Shown here: piece by piece, positions 35,580 to 45,834 of the stretch
Numbering within the stretch: the first letter of the stretch is position 1
Layout: the number at the start of each line of letters is the position of its first letter
Source of the DNA: Candidatus Aenigmatarchaeota archaeon
GTDB lineage: Archaea > Aenigmatarchaeota > Aenigmatarchaeia > CG10238-14 > SCSR01
Reading direction: 5' to 3'
Length of the DNA: 64,000 bases
Assembly (NCBI GenBank): GCA_030615205.1
Contig: JAUWZS010000001.1
Coordinates: 143,212-207,211 of the forward strand
Translations under genes and position numbers: made by a program
Notes under the pieces: generated by a model
Seen by the model: the letters and a program-made list of their open reading frames with translations, nothing else
Database searches by the model: none
What the model was told of the DNA's origin: nothing

Positions 35580-36473
35580 ATGTTAGCTAAAAAACCGCTC
35601 AAATCCAGAAAGAATCCTCTTGTGTCTGTAATTGTACCATTTAGAGGCAATGTGGACCAAGCGCAGGAATGCGTGGATTCGCTAAAAAGGCAGCGTTATA
35701 AGAACATAGAAATTATTTTAGTAAGCGACAGGGTAAAATGGGAGGACAAGGATAAACGGATAAAGGGTGTGCGTGATCCCAAATTCAGGGGGGTCGGAGA
35801 AAAACGCAATGCTGGTGCAAAACGTGCGAGGGGCGATATAATGTTTTTCCTTGACTCTGACTGCACGGTCAAGCCAGATGCTATAATCATGCTTGTCAAG
35901 ATGTTCAGCACAATAGATGCAGATGCAATATCTGGCAAACCGCTTGCTCCAAAACATGGGAATGTTCTGGGAATCGCAACAGGATTGGAATATGAAGACC
36001 ATTTCAACCGAATGGGTGAAAACTACGTGACTATAGCAGCAACAACCTGTCTTTCAGTCCGAAAAGAGGCTTTCAAAGCAATTGGCGGTTTTAAAGATTA
36101 TAGCTTGAAAGAAGCAACTGGTGAGGATTGGGATTTCTCAAGAAAACTCACAGCTGCAGGATATAAGATATTCCATACCAACAAGGTCCAAGTCTATCAC
36201 AACCACAGATCTGACACAGTAAAAAAGTGGTTCAAACGGTGTGTTGAGCATTCAGGTTATCGAGTCGCGCATCGTAGGAAACACGAGCAAATATTCGAGG
36301 AGTATTTCAGCATCAGTATGTTCGTATACGCAACATTCCTGCTCAGCATACCAGTTACATTAAGGCTGTATAAAAAAAGCAAAAGGCTGGAGGTCCTTGC
36401 GCTCCCGTTGTTCGCAATTCTGAGAAGCATCGCATGGTTTGTCGGAATGACCAAAGAACTTATGGGACAATGA
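35580..36473 (+). CDS. GT2 glycosyltransferase with C-terminal TM helices; paralog of 53209..54099
   Basis: VSVIVPFRGN, FFLDSDC (DxD), GEDWDFS. Confidence 0.85.
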   Translation: MLAKKPLKSRKNPLVSVIVPFRGNVDQAQECVDSLKRQRYKNIEIILVSDRVKWEDKDKRIKGVRDPKFRGVGEKRNAGAKRARGDIMFFLDSDCTVKPDAIIMLVKMFSTIDADAISGKPLAPKHGNVLGIATGLEYEDHFNRMGENYVTIAATTCLSVRKEAFKAIGGFKDYSLKEATGEDWDFSRKLTAAGYKIFHTNKVQVYHNHRSDTVKKWFKRCVEHSGYRVAHRRKHEQIFEEYFSISMFVYATFLLSIPVTLRLYKKSKRLEVLALPLFAILRSIAWFVGMTKELMGQ

Positions 36474-36536
36474 GTTTGATTGAATGGTGTGAGCGGTAAA
36501 ATATTAAGCTGTAGGTTATAAAGTTTAATTTAGCTG

Positions 36537-38174
36537 TTGGGGTTGTTAGAGTTGGCTGAAAAAGAGATAACATTGGAGCTAAAGAAACCAGAAATAGCTG
36601 TATTACTTGTGTTCCTGACATTCATTCTTGTTTTGGAACTGCAAGTAACATTTGGCACACCCATATCATTCGGCGACGAGGGGTTTCACACAAGAATGGG
36701 GCAATGGATCGCACAAAATGTCGAATATCCTGTGTGGGTACCGTTCACTGAGAATGCAGTTTCAAGAGCCAGTTTTGAGAGACAGCCTTTTTGGAATATA
36801 CTGGAAGCTGGGTTCTTTTTCATATTGGGTTTTAATGAAGGTATTGTAAAGTTTCTTGTCCCAATGATATCAATGCTGATTGGCATTGCGGTTTACCTGT
36901 TTGCCACCAAGTTCTACAACTGGCGGGTCGGGCTTATAGCAGCTGTGATAATTGCAACTGTGCCGTCGCTTGTCACATATTCAGTCCTTTTTTACACAGA
37001 CATTTTGATAACATTCTTCATGGTCATGTTCTTGTACACATTCTCGCTCTCTGTTAAAACAGGCAGGAGGCTCCATATGATGACAGCCGGGGTTTTCGGT
37101 GCTTTAGTTTTTATGACCAAACTTACTGGATATGTGGTGTATGCGTTTGTCGCGCTAATATTCCTGTACTATTTTGTGAAGCAAAAGAAGTTTTTCTCCT
37201 TGATTAAAAAATACTCTCCGCTGTTCTTGATGCTGATCCTGATACCAAGTACGTTTTTCATTCGCAATTACCGATATTACGAAACACCTGTATGTTACGG
37301 TATACCGATTATCTCGAGCGTAACTGACAAGCTTCTCGATCGTAGTGGTTGTTTGGAAGATACGTTCGAACCTCAATACGAATATGAAGGCCGTACTGAA
37401 CAGATTGGCAGCGAGGCTGATGTTTTTAGAATGGGATTTGTAAACTATCTGACTTTTGCTTATGGGAATATATGGTTTGTTGTATTCGCGATTTTTGCAG
37501 GGGTGTTTTTGATTTTGAGCAAGATTGGTAAAATAGACAAGATACTACTGATTATGCTGCTACTTTATATCCCGCTGTTTTTCATAACAACAACCCGTGC
37601 TGAAGACACTTCCAGATATGCTTTGATGTGGCTGCCCGTGTTTTCAATAGTTGCAGCAAAGTACCTAGCAGCTGTATACAGCTTCATAAAGAAATACCAG
37701 AAATATCTTGCATTGGTTATTTTTATTCTTGTGCTGTATTTCGGTTATCAAAATGCCGCTCCGAAACTTGCTGGCATGGCTCAAGTGAAACAATTCTCTC
37801 CATTATTCTTTGAAGCATGTGATTGGGTAAAAGAAAATACTCCAGAGAATTCTTTATTGTCAACAGTATGGACGTATAGGGCTGCTTATAGCTGTCAAAG
37901 ACGTGTTATAGGAAGTATGGCTGATATGGCATTGAGCAATAATGTCACTCATATTTTGTCAACAACTAAAAAAGTTGGTATAAGTCATATATTCATCCAG
38001 AAATTCGGCTTAAGCGAACAGTCTCTTTCAGAAAAATATCCAATAAGTTATGTACAGTTGTTGGAAAATAATCCAGATCACTTTAAAAAGATATTCGAGA
38101 ATGGGCCGCCTTTAGATCAATGCATACAACAAGGTGGATGCGACGGAAATATAATTTATGAAATAGTATACTGA
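36537..38174 (+). CDS. GT-C fold membrane glycosyltransferase (ArnT/PMT-like)
   Basis: GDEGFH acidic motif in the first external loop after TM1, about 11-12 TM, then a soluble C-terminal domain. TTG start. Confidence 0.65.
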   Translation: MGLLELAEKEITLELKKPEIAVLLVFLTFILVLELQVTFGTPISFGDEGFHTRMGQWIAQNVEYPVWVPFTENAVSRASFERQPFWNILEAGFFFILGFNEGIVKFLVPMISMLIGIAVYLFATKFYNWRVGLIAAVIIATVPSLVTYSVLFYTDILITFFMVMFLYTFSLSVKTGRRLHMMTAGVFGALVFMTKLTGYVVYAFVALIFLYYFVKQKKFFSLIKKYSPLFLMLILIPSTFFIRNYRYYETPVCYGIPIISSVTDKLLDRSGCLEDTFEPQYEYEGRTEQIGSEADVFRMGFVNYLTFAYGNIWFVVFAIFAGVFLILSKIGKIDKILLIMLLLYIPLFFITTTRAEDTSRYALMWLPVFSIVAAKYLAAVYSFIKKYQKYLALVIFILVLYFGYQNAAPKLAGMAQVKQFSPLFFEACDWVKENTPENSLLSTVWTYRAAYSCQRRVIGSMADMALSNNVTHILSTTKKVGISHIFIQKFGLSEQSLSEKYPISYVQLLENNPDHFKKIFENGPPLDQCIQQGGCDGNIIYEIVY

Positions 38175-38217
38175 ATTAGTAAATACTATATTTATGAATA
38201 GTTTATGAAGTGATGGT

Positions 38218-39228
38218 ATGTTGGTTTTATTATTTTCAATGCTTGTTTCATTTGCAACTACATTTCTTATTGTCCCGTATTTCATGCAGTTTTTCCGTGC
38301 TGGTGGAATAATAGGCATGGATTTGCATAAAAAAAATAAACCAAAGCTCCCAACCAGCGGTGGGACTTGTGTTGCATTAGGAGTACTTGCGGGTCTATTG
38401 ACATATATAGGATTTACAACTTTTCTCAATGGTGTGCTAGCTGACATAACAAATCTTCTGGCTGTCATTTCTAGTATTCTTATTATAATGTTTGTAGGGT
38501 TTTTGGACGACTTGAATGTGAAAGCGCGTGCTGTAATAACTAAAGAAGGATTAAACATAAGAATAGGATTCCCACAATGGGCTAAGCCGCTGCTAACTTT
38601 GCCTGCAGCTGTACCTTTGATGGTTGTAAATGCTGGAGAGACTATGATGTCTATACCTTTTATAGGGATGGTCAACTTTGGGATATTATACCCACTTCTT
38701 CTAATACCGATAGGGGTCATGTTTATAAGTAACGCAGTTAATCTTCTTGGCGGATTTAATGGATCAGAAAGTGGGATGGGAATGGTTTATTTGTTTGGTC
38801 TTGGTATCTTCGCTCTTATTAATGGTAGTATTGGTGCTGCGATATTCTTAACAGCATTTGCGGCTGTGGCTGGTTTCATAAAATACAACTGGTATCCAGC
38901 AAAATTTCTACCAGGTGATAGTTTGACATATTTGCTTGGAGCTATAGTAGCGTCTGGAGTCATTGTAGGGAACATGGAAAAGATTGGAATATTCATAATG
39001 ATACCTTTCATACTCGAATTCTTCTTGAAGTTAAGATCAAAATTCAAAGCTAGCTGCCTTGGCAAACTACGTGATGACGGGAAGCTTGATCCGCCTTATG
39101 GAAAAAATGTCTATTCTTGGACTCACTTGATTATGAACGCCGGGAAATTTACCGAAAAGCAAGTGACAATAATTTTAATCTTAATACAAATTATATTTAT
39201 TATAATTGCATTTCTAGGAATAATTTAG
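38218..39228 (+). CDS. aglH: Polyprenyl-phosphate HexNAc-1-phosphate transferase (MraY/WecA/GPT family, AglH-like)
   Basis: VGFLDDL and NAVNLLGGFNG motifs, about 10 TM. Confidence 0.85.
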   Translation: MLVLLFSMLVSFATTFLIVPYFMQFFRAGGIIGMDLHKKNKPKLPTSGGTCVALGVLAGLLTYIGFTTFLNGVLADITNLLAVISSILIIMFVGFLDDLNVKARAVITKEGLNIRIGFPQWAKPLLTLPAAVPLMVVNAGETMMSIPFIGMVNFGILYPLLLIPIGVMFISNAVNLLGGFNGSESGMGMVYLFGLGIFALINGSIGAAIFLTAFAAVAGFIKYNWYPAKFLPGDSLTYLLGAIVASGVIVGNMEKIGIFIMIPFILEFFLKLRSKFKASCLGKLRDDGKLDPPYGKNVYSWTHLIMNAGKFTEKQVTIILILIQIIFIIIAFLGII

Positions 39229-39292
39229 TCATTTAATCTATAAATTTGATAATAATAATACCTCAGCACAATATTGAACTAAAGGTGGCAAA

Positions 39293-40318
39293 ATGAAAAT
39301 ATGTTTGTTAGCTCACAGTATTGGTAAAAATTCTGGATTAGGTATAGAAAGATACGGGTATGAGATATACAAAAGGCTTAAAGATAAACACGATATTGAA
39401 TTAGTTGAAGGGACAAGATTAAAACTGCCGCAGTATATTAGCGATATTTCATACATGCCTATAAAGACAATCTTAAACAAATCAAAGATAATTCACGCAT
39501 TGACACCAAGACAGGCCCTGTTTCTGCAGTTTATTAAGAAAAGCATAGTTACCTATCACGATTTTATTCCGTTTACAAAATGTCATTCTGAAGCAAAACG
39601 CGCATTTTTTTCTAAACTTTATTTTTATTATTTCTGGAAAATAGGAACAAAAGCAATGCATATAACTGCAGATTCCAAACAAACAAAAAAAGAGTTGGTT
39701 AATTTTTTCAACTTAAGTAGCGAAAAGGTTAGTATTGTAAATTTAGGTGTGAGTAAAAAATTCAGACCTCTTAAAAAGAAAAAGAGAGATTTTAGAACTA
39801 TAGGTTATCTCAGCTCAATGGTAAAAAGGAAGAGGGTAGATAAAGCAATTGAATTTTTTAAGAGGTTTCAAGAAAAATACGACATTCCAGCTAAATTAGA
39901 AATTCACGGTTCTTTAAATGTTAAGCATATACAATGTTTCAATCCATTTGAAATTGTCCGAAGATCAAAAGTAAAAAATGTTAAAATAAATGGGTTTGTA
40001 CCAGAGAATAAAATAGTTGAAATTTATAATAGCTTTGATTTATTTTTATATCCTTCTGATTATGAGGGGTTTGGACTGCCTATGATTGAGGCTTTGTCTT
40101 GTGGAGTCCCAACTATTGTAAGAGAGGGAGCAAAAATCACACCAGAAATAAAAGACATGTGCATAGTTGCTAATGAAGAGAATATAGAAGACTTAATGTT
40201 CAAAGTCTTGACCAACAATTTATATAGAAAAAAAATTATAAAAAGGTCTTTAGAAAAAGTAAAAAAATTCAGTTGGGAGAATACGATCAAAAAACTGGAA
40301 GAAATATACAATTATTGA
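39293..40318 (+). CDS. GT4-family glycosyltransferase
   Basis: YEGFGLPMIEALSCGVPTIV (E-x7-E). Confidence 0.85.
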   Translation: MKICLLAHSIGKNSGLGIERYGYEIYKRLKDKHDIELVEGTRLKLPQYISDISYMPIKTILNKSKIIHALTPRQALFLQFIKKSIVTYHDFIPFTKCHSEAKRAFFSKLYFYYFWKIGTKAMHITADSKQTKKELVNFFNLSSEKVSIVNLGVSKKFRPLKKKKRDFRTIGYLSSMVKRKRVDKAIEFFKRFQEKYDIPAKLEIHGSLNVKHIQCFNPFEIVRRSKVKNVKINGFVPENKIVEIYNSFDLFLYPSDYEGFGLPMIEALSCGVPTIVREGAKITPEIKDMCIVANEENIEDLMFKVLTNNLYRKKIIKRSLEKVKKFSWENTIKKLEEIYNY

Positions 40319-40550
40319 GAAATTTTGGTGGTTGTATAGAAATAATATAAACAGTGTCCGAAGGAGATATTGGTTTAAATCGTACCTCTCTCACCGTATA
40401 TTTTATAAACATGGACAAGTTACTTTTCATTCATTGGGGCCTTGAACGGCTATTAAAAGTTATTTTGTAATTAAATACCTAAAAATGGCAATTGAATATT
40501 TAAATAAAAGAGAGAATAAGAAATTTATAAGAACCTTGGAAGTTGATGGA

Positions 40551-41477
40551 ATGAGATATTTTGTAACTGGAATTACAGGGTTTATAGGAAGTCACCTTAA
40601 AAAGAAGCTCGAGGGAGAAATATATGGACTCGTTAGATGGTCTCATAAAAAAGAAAAAATCAATGGATTTAACCCGATTTACGCAGACTTAAGAGACTAT
40701 CATGCTATTGCTAAAATCATAAAGGATTTACAACCTGATGTGATTATAAATTTAGGAGCAATAACACCTGTTTCTCTTAGTTTTGAGAAGCCTTTTGAGT
40801 TTATGGAGATAAATCTAATTGGAGCAATGAACTTAGCCGAGATTAATCAAAGGTATAATAAACAACTCAAGAAATTTGTTCACGCATCTACCCCAGAAGT
40901 ATATGGTATTCAAACAGAACTCCCGATAAAAGAAACGGCTTCAGTTAATCCAAATTCACCCTACGCGGTCTCAAAAGCAGCATTCGATATGTATCTTTTT
41001 TATATGGCTCGAGCATTTGACTTTCCTGTGGTACTGGCGAGACATGCAAATACGTACGGAAGAAAAAATCAAACTCATTTTGTTATCGAAGCTATAGTGA
41101 CCCAGATGCTTAATTCTGGCACAGTTTGTCTTGGTGACCCAAAACCTATTAGAGATTTTATGCATGTAGAAGATACGACAGACTTCTACAAAGTATTGAT
41201 AGAGCAAGGTAAACCTGGAGAAGTGTATAATGCTGGGTGGGGAAAAGGACAGAGTATAAGAGAAGTTGTCGAGATAGCAAAAGAAGTAACAGGATTTAAG
41301 GGAGAAATAGTTTGGAACACAATCCCAGGCAGACCTGGAAAAATAGATGTTATTGAGTTAGATGCTACTAAAGTTAAAAACGCGTTTGGTTGGACTCCTA
41401 AAATTAAAATCAAAGATGGGCTTAAAAAAGTAGCAGATTATTGGAGAGAGAAAGATATCAGCAGCAGTACCAGTTGA
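40551..41477 (+). CDS. NAD-dependent sugar epimerase/dehydratase (extended SDR)
   Basis: MRYFVTGITGFIGSHL, YAVSKAAFD. The track ORF begins at 40485. Confidence 0.8.
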   Translation: MRYFVTGITGFIGSHLKKKLEGEIYGLVRWSHKKEKINGFNPIYADLRDYHAIAKIIKDLQPDVIINLGAITPVSLSFEKPFEFMEINLIGAMNLAEINQRYNKQLKKFVHASTPEVYGIQTELPIKETASVNPNSPYAVSKAAFDMYLFYMARAFDFPVVLARHANTYGRKNQTHFVIEAIVTQMLNSGTVCLGDPKPIRDFMHVEDTTDFYKVLIEQGKPGEVYNAGWGKGQSIREVVEIAKEVTGFKGEIVWNTIPGRPGKIDVIELDATKVKNAFGWTPKIKIKDGLKKVADYWREKDISSSTS

Positions 41478-41552
41478 TATGGAAAGTTAGACGAGGGTAA
41501 AAAGACCTTTTTTAAAACAAAAAATAGTATATTTAAATTCTTTATCAAATGA

Positions 41553-42599
41553 ATGATTAATATTGGTATTATGGAAGAAAAATTTTTAGAGAAAACCATA
41601 ACAGAAATTGAAGGAAAAAGAATACTCGTGACTGGAGGTACTGGGAGTTTTGGTCATCAAATAACGTCCTCCCTCTTGAAGCTTAATCCAAAGGAGATTA
41701 TAATTTTTAGCAACGATGAGAAACAGCAATATGATATGACATTAGAATATAAAAATGAGAAAATCTTAAAATTTGTTCTTGGGGATATCAGGGACTTTGT
41801 TCGTGTATTAGATGCAACAAAAAACATTGACATAGTATATCATGCTGCTGCACTGAAGCATGTGCCAATAACCGAGAACCATCCTTTCGAAGCTGTTGAG
41901 ACAAATATCATAGGTGCGTATAACATCAAAGTAGCGAGTATACGCAACAATGTGAAAAAGGTTATTGCTATAAGCACAGACAAGGCTGTAAAACCTGTTA
42001 ATGTAATGGGTATGACCAAGGCTATACAAGAAAGGGTAATGTTGTCAAATTATGTAAAAAACAACAATACGAAATTCGTCTGTGTGAGATACGGAAATGT
42101 TGTTGGTAGCAGGGGCAGTGTAATCCCTTTCTTTTGGAGCAGAATAGTGAAAAAAATGCCGCTTCTGATAACTGATCCTAAAATGACTAGATTCATGCTG
42201 ACTCTTCCAGAAGCAATCAGACTGGTTTTCAAAGCAACATGCGAAACCGAGGATAATGAGATATATGTTAAAAAGATGCCGGCCTGTTTGATGAGCAATC
42301 TTGCTAAAGTAATGGGAAAAGAACTTGGTGGAAACGAAAACTATCCGATTGATATAATCGGGGTCAGACCTGGAGAAAAAATACATGAGACTTTGGTTTC
42401 AGAAGAAGAGATGAGAAGGGCTGTGGAGACAGAAGGCAATTATGTAATTTATCCTTATGGTAAATTGAAAGAGCCTAAACTCTTGAACAAGATAGATGAA
42501 TATACGTCCTTTAACACAAGACGTATGGATAAAACTGAATTAAAAGAGCTCTTGAGTAAAACAGGTTGGCTCTCGGCAACGCCACCTAGCCCAATTTAA
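41553..42599 (+). CDS. UDP-HexNAc 4,6-dehydratase of the CapD/PseB/FnlA/WbvB type
   Basis: VTGGTGSFGHQ, MGMTKAIQER, VRYGNVVGSRGSVIPFF. Confidence 0.8.
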   Translation: MINIGIMEEKFLEKTITEIEGKRILVTGGTGSFGHQITSSLLKLNPKEIIIFSNDEKQQYDMTLEYKNEKILKFVLGDIRDFVRVLDATKNIDIVYHAAALKHVPITENHPFEAVETNIIGAYNIKVASIRNNVKKVIAISTDKAVKPVNVMGMTKAIQERVMLSNYVKNNNTKFVCVRYGNVVGSRGSVIPFFWSRIVKKMPLLITDPKMTRFMLTLPEAIRLVFKATCETEDNEIYVKKMPACLMSNLAKVMGKELGGNENYPIDIIGVRPGEKIHETLVSEEEMRRAVETEGNYVIYPYGKLKEPKLLNKIDEYTSFNTRRMDKTELKELLSKTGWLSATPPSPI

Positions 42600-42647
42600 T
42601 TGCATTGTTTGATAGTAAAGTATTTTATAGTTGTTGTGGTGTTAATT

Positions 42648-43370
42648 ATGGTAACATTAATAACTGGTAGTGAGGGGCGGCTTGGGACCGAGTTGAAAAA
42701 AGTTTTTCCTGTTGCGTTGGTTCCAACTCTTAATGAATTGAATATAACCGATAGGGATAGTGTTTTCAAATATATTGAAAAAAATAAGCCAGATATAATA
42801 ATTCATGCTGCTGCGATGACTAGTGCAGAGGGGTGTAAAAAAAATCCAGAAAAGGCGTGGCAAACAAATGTTGAAGGAACTAGAACTCTCTTAAAAAGTC
42901 TTAAAAAAATCAATCCAGACGGCTACTTTATTTACATATCAACAGCAGGAGTGTTCAAATGCGATAGAGGTAATTATGGAGAAGATGATTGCCCAAATCC
43001 TGTGAATTTCTATTGCTTAACAAAATTATGTGGAGAGGTTGTCGTACAAGATTTTGATAACACATTAATAGTTAGGACTAATTTTGTACCTAAAGGTAAA
43101 TGGCCTCATGGTAAAGCGTTTATTGATAGGTTTGGAACATATCTTTACACAGATGATGTTGCAGGAGCCATAAAGGATGTAGTTGTGCATAAGCTTACTG
43201 GGATTGTGCATATTTGTGGAGATAAGAAACTTTCAATGTATGACCTTGCTAAACTTTCTGATCCTAAGGTTGAAAAAATAACACTAAAAGAACATGGGGG
43301 GATAACCCTGCCAAAGGATATGAGCCTTGTAACTAAGATATGGCATCCATACAGACTAGGAGGTAAATAA
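42648..43370 (+). CDS. RmlD-like 4-keto-sugar reductase
   Basis: MVTLITGSEGRLG, short SDR with YCLTKLCGE (YxxxK). ATG at 42648. Confidence 0.7.
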   Translation: MVTLITGSEGRLGTELKKVFPVALVPTLNELNITDRDSVFKYIEKNKPDIIIHAAAMTSAEGCKKNPEKAWQTNVEGTRTLLKSLKKINPDGYFIYISTAGVFKCDRGNYGEDDCPNPVNFYCLTKLCGEVVVQDFDNTLIVRTNFVPKGKWPHGKAFIDRFGTYLYTDDVAGAIKDVVVHKLTGIVHICGDKKLSMYDLAKLSDPKVEKITLKEHGGITLPKDMSLVTKIWHPYRLGGK

Positions 43371-44615
43371 ATGACCATAAAACATCGAGATGATTGTAGA
43401 ATCTGCAAGAGCAAAGATCTAGTAAAATTCCTAAGCTTTGGAAGAATGCCTTTGGCCGGGCGGTTTATAAAAAAAGAGGAAATAAAAAATGAGAAAGTCT
43501 ATCCTTTGGACGTGTATTTTTGCAGGAATTGTAAAGAGGTTCAATTATTAGATGTTGTGTCAGCTGATACACTGTTTAAAGACTATAGATATCTTTCGTC
43601 AGTCACAAAGACCATGTCAGAGCATTTCCGAAATTATGCAAAAGCTATGAAAGAGAGGTTTAAGCTAGATGAAAAATCATTAGTAGTAGAATTTGGCAGC
43701 AATGACGGAGTTTTACAAAAACCATTCAAAGATCTCGGCATTACAGCAGTTGGGGTAGAACCTGCAATAAATGTTGCGAAAATCGCAAAAGAAAGAGGGT
43801 TTATAGTGATTAATGACTACTTCACTACAAAAGTTGCAGAGCGTATCTTAAAAACTTATGGAAAGGTCGATTTAATCTGCGCAAACAATACATTCGCACA
43901 TATAGACGATATGCACGAAGTTATGAGAGCCATTAAACTACTTTTGAAAGAAAACAGTATCTTTGTGTTTGAAGTTCATTATCTGGTTGATCTGCTCAAT
44001 AAATACCAATATGATTTCATCTATCACCAACATTTGATGTATCATTCACTAATGGCCCTTTCTTACCTCCTTAAAGTTTTCGATATGGAGATATTTGATG
44101 TAAAAAGGGTTCCAATCCATTTGGGCTCTATCAGAGTCTATGCAAAAAATATTGAAAACGACAAAGAACCTGTTCACGGAATTGTGAGAGAGTTACTTGA
44201 ACTAGAGAAGAAAATGGGACTTGGTCAAGAGGGAACTTTCTTTAAATTTGCGTCAGAAGTTGTTGCAAAACGAGATAAAATTATTGAAATTGTGAAAAAT
44301 CTAAAAGCTGAGGGAAAGAGAATAATAGGTTATGGTGCTTCTGGGAGGGCAAGTGTGCATCTCAATTTTTGTAAGTTAGGTCCAAAGGAAATTGATTATG
44401 TAGTAGATATGTCCCCAGAAAGGCAGAATCGCCTTATTCCTGGAATGCACATCCCTATAATTAGGCCTGAAATATTGGAGAAGGACAGCCCGGACTATGC
44501 AATACTTTTTGCATATAACTATGAAAAAGAAGTCCTTAGGAAGGAAAGAGAATTTATAAAGAGGGGTGGAAAATTCATCATACCCATACCAAATGTGAGA
44601 ATAGTTCCTAAATAA
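43371..44615 (+). CDS. NDP-hexose C-methyltransferase (TylCIII/Methyltransf_13-14 architecture)
   Basis: N-terminal Zn ribbon CRICKSKDL...PLAGRF...YPLDVYFCRNCKEVQL, followed by a SAM domain and a C-terminal C-MT domain. Confidence 0.8.
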   Translation: MTIKHRDDCRICKSKDLVKFLSFGRMPLAGRFIKKEEIKNEKVYPLDVYFCRNCKEVQLLDVVSADTLFKDYRYLSSVTKTMSEHFRNYAKAMKERFKLDEKSLVVEFGSNDGVLQKPFKDLGITAVGVEPAINVAKIAKERGFIVINDYFTTKVAERILKTYGKVDLICANNTFAHIDDMHEVMRAIKLLLKENSIFVFEVHYLVDLLNKYQYDFIYHQHLMYHSLMALSYLLKVFDMEIFDVKRVPIHLGSIRVYAKNIENDKEPVHGIVRELLELEKKMGLGQEGTFFKFASEVVAKRDKIIEIVKNLKAEGKRIIGYGASGRASVHLNFCKLGPKEIDYVVDMSPERQNRLIPGMHIPIIRPEILEKDSPDYAILFAYNYEKEVLRKEREFIKRGGKFIIPIPNVRIVPK

Positions 44616-44616
44616 A

Positions 44617-45630
44617 CTATTTTGTAAAAAGAAAGTTTCTAAAGCTTATGGAGGCGATCTTGTTAGCTTGGTTGCTGTTGATTAAATTTAAAACTTCTTT
44701 GTCGGAAAGTTTTGCATGTTTTTTCTCTCTTGCCCGTTTTCTCATGATTTCCTTCCAGTATTTTAGAGCTTGGAAAAATGCTTTGACGTCTAAAAATCTG
44801 CTGCTTCTATAGGAGCTTATGAACGCTGACCTTAGGAATACAAGCGGTAAAAAGAGGAAATGTTTCAAAAGAATTTTCGGATCATAAAAATTTGACCAAG
44901 TAAAAATAAAGCGGTTTTTTAGCTCTTGTATATGTAGCGTTTCTTTTCTGAATGCTTTTGACAGCGTGCCTCTGTGTTTATGATAAAACACGCCTCTGGG
45001 ATCGTAAATGCATATCCATCCTCTTTTATAGGCCCTGTATGAAAGATCAACATCCTCCCAATAGAATGGGCAATAAATTTCATCAAAACCGCCAAGCTTT
45101 AGAAACTTTTTTCTATCAAACGCCGAAGCCCCGCCAGGTGCAACGAACGTCAAGCAGGATTCTTTGAACTCTTTTGTATCGACGTTACCTACGATTGGTC
45201 GAGTTTGTACTACCGTGCCGAGAATGAAAGAACAACCAAAGAACTCGGCTTCTATGGTCTTCTTATCCCACTTAATCAATTTAGGTGAAACACCAAAGAC
45301 GTTCGGTTTTTTAAAATGTTTTAGCATATGATTAAGGGAATCTTTTCTGAGGATTATATCATTGTTAAGAAAAATTAAGATGTCGCCCCTCGCGTATTTT
45401 GCACCGATATTGCTCGCTGGCGAGATTCCGGTGTTCTCCTTTAGAGGGACCACCTCCACTTTTGGAAATTTTGATTTTAGAAACTGGACGCTGCCATCAG
45501 TACTGCCGTTATCCACAACTATTATTTCGTGGGCTCCTTTAACATGTTCAACAGTGGCAATGACCGATGGCAAGCATTTTTTGAGTAAATCTTTGCCGTT
45601 CCAATTAAGTATAATTACACTTATCTTCAT
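44617..45630 (-). CDS. GT2 glycosyltransferase
   Basis: ISVIILNWNGKDLLKKCL, VVDNGSTDGS, FLNNDI. AGGAG SD-like motif about 7 nt upstream. Confidence 0.85.
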   Translation of the reverse strand: MKISVIILNWNGKDLLKKCLPSVIATVEHVKGAHEIIVVDNGSTDGSVQFLKSKFPKVEVVPLKENTGISPASNIGAKYARGDILIFLNNDIILRKDSLNHMLKHFKKPNVFGVSPKLIKWDKKTIEAEFFGCSFILGTVVQTRPIVGNVDTKEFKESCLTFVAPGGASAFDRKKFLKLGGFDEIYCPFYWEDVDLSYRAYKRGWICIYDPRGVFYHKHRGTLSKAFRKETLHIQELKNRFIFTWSNFYDPKILLKHFLFLPLVFLRSAFISSYRSSRFLDVKAFFQALKYWKEIMRKRAREKKHAKLSDKEVLNLINSNQANKIASISFRNFLFTK

Positions 45631-45716
45631 TTTATCTCCTTTAGTACATAGGTTATAAACAAAAACTACAACACTTGCTCGTAGCCACCGTCCAGTATTA
45701 TTTTTCTATCATTTAT

Positions 45717-45830
45717 TCACTTTTTAAATTTCCATTCTATGTTTGGATTTCTAATTTCATCCTTTCTCCTTATCCACAAGTGCCATTTTGGGTCGTATTT
45801 TGGGTTGAACACATGTTCTTCTACTATCAT
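45717..45830 (-). pseudogene. 37-codon ORF homologous to the N-terminus of the SPASM radical-SAM gene at 47183..48271; likely a gene remnant
   Basis: MIVEEHVFNPKYDPKWHLW... versus MIIEEHVFNPKYNPKWQER... The ATG lies 4 nt after the stop of 45835..47151. Confidence 0.5.
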
Positions 45831-45834
45831 AATG

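Noticed and set aside
38112-38720. 202-aa minus-strand ORF
   Set aside because: It is antisense to the well-supported AglH-like gene (motifs VGFLDDL, NAVNLLGGFNG), so it is a shadow ORF.
45717-45830. RiPP precursor peptide for the neighbouring radical SAM enzymes
   Set aside because: Not fully excluded. However, its homology to the enzyme's own N-terminus, and a second analogous remnant at 54096..54221, favour a gene fragment. There is no Cys/Ser/Thr-rich core or leader-like motif.
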